From: Thermoanaerobaculia bacterium
Lineage (GTDB): Bacteria; Acidobacteriota; Thermoanaerobaculia; UBA5066
DNA: 59,983 nt
Direction of reading: 5' to 3'
Assembly: GCA_036385755.1 (NCBI GenBank)
Contig: DASVJU010000202.1
Location: forward strand, 1 to 59,983
Shown here: positions 55,125 through 59,983 of the stretch, piece after piece
Numbering within the stretch: the first letter of the stretch is position 1
Layout of the letters: each line of letters starts with the position of its first letter
Program-made: the position numbers and the translations under genes
Notes under the pieces: model-generated
The model's input: the letters and a program-made list of their open reading frames with translations, nothing else
Database searches by the model: none
Told to the model about the DNA's origin: nothing

Positions 55125-57032
55125 CTAGAGCGTGAGCCCGAACACCTTGAAGGGAAGTTCCGCGCGAAGACTCTTGAGGAGGACGGCGACGAGATCGGCG
55201 TCCTCGGAAAGATCCTGTCCCGACAACTCGGCGAGACGCGCCCCGGCGTCTCCGAGGCCTCCCTTTCGCCGGAGGCCGTGTTCCACGACCATCCGGCGCG
55301 ACGTGGCGCTTCCGAAACGCGCCAGCGCCGAGACGGCGCGATCGAGGAGAGGCTGCAGCTCGGCTTCGTCGAAGGGCGCATCGACCTTCTTCGCGAGCAT
55401 CGCTTCGAGCCCCTGAACGATCGTGGCGAGCGCCGCCTCCGCTTTCTCGTGGCGGGCCGTTCCGAGGCCCGCGATGGCCTCCTTCACGAGCGGTGGAGGC
55501 AGCGCGGGGTTGGCCAGGGCGACGAGCACGTCGAGCTCGGTGTCCGTCGGCTCCTCGGTGGCGCGCGGGATGCGCCGGACGAGGTACAGGAGGTTTCTCT
55601 TGAAATGCCAGTCGTGGGCGGGATCGCCCGTCCGCTGCTCGTCCAGAAGGGCGAGAGCCGTCGCACGCGCCTCCGCGCCTTGAATCTCGAGGAGGGAAAG
55701 CAGCAGGCGGCGGCGCTCGCGCTTCTCCTCGCCATGCAGTTCCTCGATCAGCCGGCCCGGGCTGAAGCCGGGAAAAAACGACAGGATCCGGCCGAGAGCC
55801 TCGTGGTTCCGCGGGTCCTCTCCGAGGGAGCGCACGTGCTCAAGGTCCACGGTGTCCTGCGACCTGCGGCGCACGCTCTCGGCCGTTCCGGCGTCGACAT
55901 GGTTCTCGGAGACGATCTTCTCGGCCACGTCGAGCATGCGGGACGCCCGCGCGAGGGAGCCCTGATTGAGCTGCTCGATGGCCGCGCCCACCATCTCGCT
56001 GAATCGGCGCCCGATTTCCTCCGGATTGTCCGGGAGAGTGACGACGCGCCGCATCGCCGCTGTCGGCGCGCCTTTCGCATTCGCGAGTGCCTGCTCGAGC
56101 GGCGTCGAAGGAGACGAGACCGGCCACTGGGGAACGGAGCGTCCGAGCGTGCGAAAGAGCTCGGAGGTTGGGACGTCGATCCCGAGAGTCCGAAGCTTCT
56201 CGAGGGCGGCACGCAGTTCGCCGTCGGTTCGGGCTGCCATGGCGGCCACGGAGAGAATCTGCGAAAGGAGGACGTCGCGCCTTTCCGCGCTGGCTCCCGG
56301 AAGCGCGCTCGTGGCTGCACCTTCGACGAGCGCGGCACCGGCAGCGGCCACCGCGGCGCCCGAGGCACGCCCCGCGAGAATTCCGGCAGGAGCGGATCCG
56401 CCCGCGCCCACCGGCCCGGGGAAGCCGCCCGAGCCCAGCAGAGGCCCGAGGCGCTCGATGAGGAGCGAGAGTTCCTGCAGATGGGAAGCCCCCGGGGCGA
56501 ACCCCTGGCCGCCGCGGCTCGCCGTCACGTTCTCGCCGCCGGCGAGGCCTGCCTGCCGCCTCAGGATCTCGACCGGCGCCGACAAAGTGCTCTCCGCCGT
56601 GCCGAGGCGACCGAGGTTCTGCGCCAAAAGGGCCCTGTCGGCAGGCGGACAGACCTCGAGGACGAGGGGCTTGAGGTCCTCGAGGTAGCGCAGGAGCGAA
56701 TCCTTCGGAACGAGCTGGTAGTGGCCCATCGCGTGGATTTTCTGGACGGCGTGGTAGAGGTAGTCCGAGACCGCCGCCGGCTTCGCGCTCCGAAACTGCG
56801 CGGTCATCCAAATCTGAATCTCGTTCGCCGCCAGATCGGCGGGATAGTCGAGGAGAAGGTTGATCGCGTCGGAAACCATCAGCGGCGCGAGGCTGTCGGA
56901 CAGATACCGCTGGAGCTCCAAGAGCGCCTCCCGGACGTCCGGATCGAGTGGCTGCTGGTCGTCTTCCCTAGACAAGTTGGAGAGCTCCCCCGGCGCCCCG
57001 TGCCGCGGAGACACTTCATGCTCCTTCGTCAA
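55125..57032 (-). CDS. large helical-repeat hypothetical protein (ends at an in-frame TAG)
   Basis: 635 aa, helix-rich with G/A-rich linkers and HEAT-like C-terminal repeats. No catalytic motif recognised. Confidence 0.6.
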   Translation of the reverse strand: MTKEHEVSPRHGAPGELSNLSREDDQQPLDPDVREALLELQRYLSDSLAPLMVSDAINLLLDYPADLAANEIQIWMTAQFRSAKPAAVSDYLYHAVQKIHAMGHYQLVPKDSLLRYLEDLKPLVLEVCPPADRALLAQNLGRLGTAESTLSAPVEILRRQAGLAGGENVTASRGGQGFAPGASHLQELSLLIERLGPLLGSGGFPGPVGAGGSAPAGILAGRASGAAVAAAGAALVEGAATSALPGASAERRDVLLSQILSVAAMAARTDGELRAALEKLRTLGIDVPTSELFRTLGRSVPQWPVSSPSTPLEQALANAKGAPTAAMRRVVTLPDNPEEIGRRFSEMVGAAIEQLNQGSLARASRMLDVAEKIVSENHVDAGTAESVRRRSQDTVDLEHVRSLGEDPRNHEALGRILSFFPGFSPGRLIEELHGEEKRERRRLLLSLLEIQGAEARATALALLDEQRTGDPAHDWHFKRNLLYLVRRIPRATEEPTDTELDVLVALANPALPPPLVKEAIAGLGTARHEKAEAALATIVQGLEAMLAKKVDAPFDEAELQPLLDRAVSALARFGSATSRRMVVEHGLRRKGGLGDAGARLAELSGQDLSEDADLVAVLLKSLRAELPFKVFGLTL

Positions 57033-57197
57033 CGAAATCCGCAGTCATGCTAGCACGCGGATGGGCGATCCCCGGCGGCTCACCCGTCTCCGGGGGACGG
57101 TTCGCGCCGCCCTTTTTCGCGCCGGGAGGCTTCCCTCGACCGCCCGAAAAATTGCTCTGCGATGAAGTGCCGGGTCTTCCCGGCGTCGCTCGACAGA

Positions 57198-57218
57198 CAC
57201 GAACGATCGTGCTATTAT
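57198..57218 (+). promoter_or_regulatory. inverted repeat plus -10-like box immediately upstream of the TetR gene (candidate operator and leaderless promoter)
   Basis: CACGA-ACGA-TCGTG (57198-57211), followed by TATTAT (57213-57218), which ends 6 nt before ATG 57225. No SD sequence in between. Confidence 0.3.
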
Positions 57219-57224
57219 TCTGCC

Positions 57225-57824
57225 ATGGGCAAAGGCGAGATCACCCGGCAGGCCATTCTCGACCACTCGGTCTCGGTCGCGAGCACCGTGGGCCTCGACG
57301 GGCTCACGATCGGACGTCTCGCCGGGGAGATGGCCCTCTCGAAAAGTGGCCTCTTCTCCCATTTCCGGTCGAAGGAGTCGCTCCAGATCCAGACGCTGGA
57401 ACACGCCGCCGCCCGCTTCGCGGATCTCGTGATCCGTCCGGCGCTCGCGGCTCACCGCGGAGAGCCCCGGATCCGCGCCGCATTCCGGCGCTGGATGGAC
57501 TGGCCGAAAAAGAGCGGGATGCCCGGAGGCTGTCTTTTCGTGGCCGCGGCCGTGGAACTCGACGATCAGCCCGGAGCCGCGCGCGACCATCTCGTCGCGC
57601 AACAGAGGCAGTGGCTCGCGCTGCTCGCGAACGTGGTTCGAGGCGCCGTCACGGAGGGTCACTTCCGCGCGGAAGTCGAACCCGAACAATTCGCACAAGA
57701 CCTCTACGGCGTCATGCTCTCGTGTTTTTTCTCCCATCGTCTTCTCGAAGATCCGGACGCGGGCCGCCGCGCCCGCGCAGCTTTCGAGAATCTCGTCATG
57801 GCCGCACGGATTCCCCAGGCCTGA
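57225..57824 (+). CDS. TetR/AcrR family transcriptional regulator
   Basis: Trimmed to ATG 57225 (MGKGEITRQAILDH...). HTH LTIGRLAGEMALSKSGLFSHFRSKE. 199 aa. Confidence 0.85.
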   Translation: MGKGEITRQAILDHSVSVASTVGLDGLTIGRLAGEMALSKSGLFSHFRSKESLQIQTLEHAAARFADLVIRPALAAHRGEPRIRAAFRRWMDWPKKSGMPGGCLFVAAAVELDDQPGAARDHLVAQQRQWLALLANVVRGAVTEGHFRAEVEPEQFAQDLYGVMLSCFFSHRLLEDPDAGRRARAAFENLVMAARIPQA

Positions 57825-57836
57825 CCCTGAAGGCAC

Positions 57837-58790
57837 ATGTCGCACGCCCTCGCTCCCCCACCGCGCCGACGCGCTCCCCTTTCCCGCAGGCTTCTGATCC
57901 CGTCGGTTCGCCTCCTCGGCGCTGTCAGCCCGGCGCTCGCTTCCCGGGCCGCAGAGCGTCTCTTCTTCACGCCGAGGCGGCGGCGTGCGCCTGCGCGCGA
58001 GCGCGCCGTCCTCGGGACCGCGGCACGCGAGTGGGTCGAGTTCCGGAGAAAGCGCATCGCCGTCTGGCGCTGGGGCCATGGCCCGGCGGTCCTTCTCGCC
58101 CACGGTTGGTCGGGCGGAGGCGGGCAGCTCACCGCTTTCGTCGAGCCTTTCGTCTCCGCGGGGTTCTCGGTCCTGACCTGGGATGCTCCCGGCCACGGCC
58201 GCAGTCAGGGTAAACGATCGGACCTCCTCGAATTCGCGGCCCTGATCGACGTGCTGGCCCGACGCGAAGGCCGGGTTCGGGCCATCGTCGGACACTCTCT
58301 CGGCGGCGCCGCAACGGTGATCGCGTGCGCCGGAGGCGCGCCGGCCGAGCGCGTCGTCCTCATCGGGGCGGCGGCGGATCCGACGGACTTCTTCCGCTGG
58401 TTCCTCGACATCGTGGGGTTCGACGACGTCAGGCGCGCTACGACGATGGCCCGGCTCGAGCGAAAGTTCGCGTTCCGCTGGGCCGAGGCGAACGTCGCGA
58501 GGGCGGCCTCCTCGCTCGAGCACATCCCTGCCCTCGTCGTGCACGACCGCGACGACGCCGAGGTCCCCATTGCCGACGCGGAGGAGATCGTGCGTTCGTG
58601 GCCCGGCGCGCGCCTCCACGCCACGTCGGGGCTCGGACATCGCCGCGTCCTGTGCGAGCCCAGCGTCGTCACGACAGTCGGCCGCTTCCTGACCGAGGGG
58701 ACGGGGCAGGAGTTTCATTCAGAGGCGGAGAACCTCGAGTCGGATCTCTGGGATCGCCGCACGCGCTGGCAGCCCACACCGGCGGTCTGA
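57837..58790 (+). CDS. alpha/beta hydrolase
   Basis: 317 aa. HGWSGG, nucleophile elbow GHSLGG, and a late HD..D/H region (VVHDRDDAEV...GLGHRR). Confidence 0.8.
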   Translation: MSHALAPPPRRRAPLSRRLLIPSVRLLGAVSPALASRAAERLFFTPRRRRAPARERAVLGTAAREWVEFRRKRIAVWRWGHGPAVLLAHGWSGGGGQLTAFVEPFVSAGFSVLTWDAPGHGRSQGKRSDLLEFAALIDVLARREGRVRAIVGHSLGGAATVIACAGGAPAERVVLIGAAADPTDFFRWFLDIVGFDDVRRATTMARLERKFAFRWAEANVARAASSLEHIPALVVHDRDDAEVPIADAEEIVRSWPGARLHATSGLGHRRVLCEPSVVTTVGRFLTEGTGQEFHSEAENLESDLWDRRTRWQPTPAV

Positions 58791-58841
58791 CCCGCAGCGA
58801 ACACTGGAAACCGGGCGCTCCGCCCCGTATCGTGGGGGTGG

Positions 58842-59983
58842 ATGGCCCTCGAGGAATATCGCCGGAAGCGCCGCTTCGACGTGACGAAGGAGCCCGCCGG
58901 CGCGAAGACACCGGCGAAGCGCCGAGCGTCGCGCCGGGCTCTCGCCTATGTCGTCCAGAAGCACAGGGCGACGGCCCTCCACTACGACTTCCGGCTCGAA
59001 TGGAACGGGGTGCTTCTCTCGTGGGCGATTCCCAAGGGCCCGTCGCTCGATCCGGCCGTCAAGCGCATGGCCTCCCACGTCGAGGACCATCCGCTGGAGT
59101 ACGCGCCCTTCGAAGGAATCATCCCGGCCGGTGAATACGGTGGCGGCACGGTGATGGTCTGGGACCGCGGCACGTGGACGCCCGAGACACCCGACGTGGA
59201 TGCGGCGCTCGCGAAAGGCGATCTCAAGTTCACTCTTCAGGGCGAGAAGCTCAAGGGGTCGTGGGTCCTCGTCCGCACGAAAGGCTGGGGCTCGTCGAAG
59301 AAGCCGTCCTGGCTCCTCATCAAGCATCGCGACGCCTTCGCGTCCGACGAGGACGTCGCGGAGTCGCGCCCGCGGTCCGCCGTCTCGAACCGCCTCCTGA
59401 CGGAGATCGCGCTCGACGAGGGCGGCGACGTCGAGAAAGCCTCGACGGGCGATCCGGTCGGCGAGGTGGAGAAGCTTCTCGCTGACCCGAAAAGGCTCCA
59501 GCGAAAACAGAACGCGATTCCCGCGGTCTGGCACTCCAAGGTTCGAAAAGCAGGGTCCGAAGAGCACCAAGAAAATATTGCTTCGAAAGGTAAGAGGGGC
59601 GCCGCGGTGGCACCGCAGAAGCCGGGTCGGTCGCCGCGCGGCGCAGCCGAAGCCCAGCCCCTTTCTAAGAAATCTCCGTCTTCCTCTTTTCCCGTCCCCG
59701 TCTCTAATCCGAGCAAAATCTTCTGGCCCGAAGAGGGCTGGACGAAGAGCGACCTCATCGCCTTCTATGCGGGGGTGTTTCCCAGGCTGAAGCCGTACGT
59801 CGACAACCGGCCGCTTTCTCTGGAGCGCGCGCCCGACGGAATCCTCGGCGAGCCTTTCTACCAGAAGGAGAAGCCCGCTTCGATGCCGCGGGACACGCCG
59901 ACCGTGGCGGTGCGGCACGGCAAGGACCGGAAGGTCACGAACACCGTGGTCGGAGGAAAGCTCGAGACGCAGCTCGCCCTCGC
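58842..59983 (+). CDS. ligD: DNA ligase D fragment: 3'-phosphoesterase domain, linker, then the start of the polymerase/primase domain; runs off the right edge
   Basis: Not in the ORF track because it is edge-truncated. Manual translation from ATG 58842 gives MALEEYRRKRRFDVTKEP...VVQKHRATALHYDFRLE...LLSWAIPKGPSLDP...HVEDHPLEYAPFEGIIPAGEYGGGTVMVWDRGTW (PE domain). Later comes VSNPSKIFWPEEGWTKSDLIAFYAGVFPRLKPYVDNRPLSLERAPDG, which is a LigD Pol-type N-terminus. Confidence 0.85.
   Translation, partial: MALEEYRRKRRFDVTKEPAGAKTPAKRRASRRALAYVVQKHRATALHYDFRLEWNGVLLSWAIPKGPSLDPAVKRMASHVEDHPLEYAPFEGIIPAGEYGGGTVMVWDRGTWTPETPDVDAALAKGDLKFTLQGEKLKGSWVLVRTKGWGSSKKPSWLLIKHRDAFASDEDVAESRPRSAVSNRLLTEIALDEGGDVEKASTGDPVGEVEKLLADPKRLQRKQNAIPAVWHSKVRKAGSEEHQENIASKGKRGAAVAPQKPGRSPRGAAEAQPLSKKSPSSSFPVPVSNPSKIFWPEEGWTKSDLIAFYAGVFPRLKPYVDNRPLSLERAPDGILGEPFYQKEKPASMPRDTPTVAVRHGKDRKVTNTVVGGKLETQLAL
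59557..59693. repeat. inward-facing pair in the ligD interdomain linker
   Basis: Plus arm CCGAAGAGCACCAAGAAAATATTGCTTCGAAAGGTAAGAGGGG (59557-59599). Minus arm 59658-59693 (reverse complement GGGAAAAGAGGAAGACGGAGATTTCTTAGAAAGGGG). 58-nt GC-rich interior. Confidence 0.75.

Overview
About 60 kb of high-GC chromosomal DNA (roughly two-thirds G+C by eye) from a diderm bacterium. Tol-Pal, Pal, an LptE-like lipoprotein, a porin and LspA/Lgt are all present. Gene content and GC recall Acidobacteriota- or Myxococcota-type genomes, but that is inference only. I support 56 protein-coding calls (one locus may be a single gene split by a TAG), arranged in long co-directional arrays with many 1-4 nt start/stop overlaps. 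I saw no rRNA, tRNA, CRISPR array, transposase, integrase or prophage gene. Most of the window is housekeeping: uvrC (edge fragment), pabBC, coaD, tolQRAB-pal-cpoB, rpsT, leuS-lptE, ribH-nusB, MTAP, ileS-lspA-lgt-rluD, acs and ligD (edge fragment). Two things stand out. (1) A ten-gene minus-strand array (3137-13394) links PspA/IM30 (bacterial ESCRT-III fold) with a classical-clade AAA+ ATPase, two SPFH/Band-7 proteins, three uncharacterised membrane or coiled-coil proteins, and an ABC transporter whose binding protein is membrane-anchored and fused to an OmpA-like peptidoglycan-binding domain. I cannot match this combination to a described system. (2) A dispersed family of AT/purine-rich short repeats shares the core GATTTCTTWGAARGGG (TTTC-N3-GAAA inverted repeat plus GA-only arms). 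It includes exact 16- and 18-mers. The copies sit inside or at the edges of ORFs, including leuS, ileS, tolB, the MTAP gene, lptE, pabB and ligD. They usually occur as inward-facing inverted pairs and appear to be translated in frame. A third, smaller observation is a single in-frame TAG that splits an 878-codon frame ending in a DUF4388-like region. All family calls rest on motif recognition by eye in the supplied translations; no database search was possible. The uvrC and ligD edge ORFs are missing from the ORF track and were translated manually.
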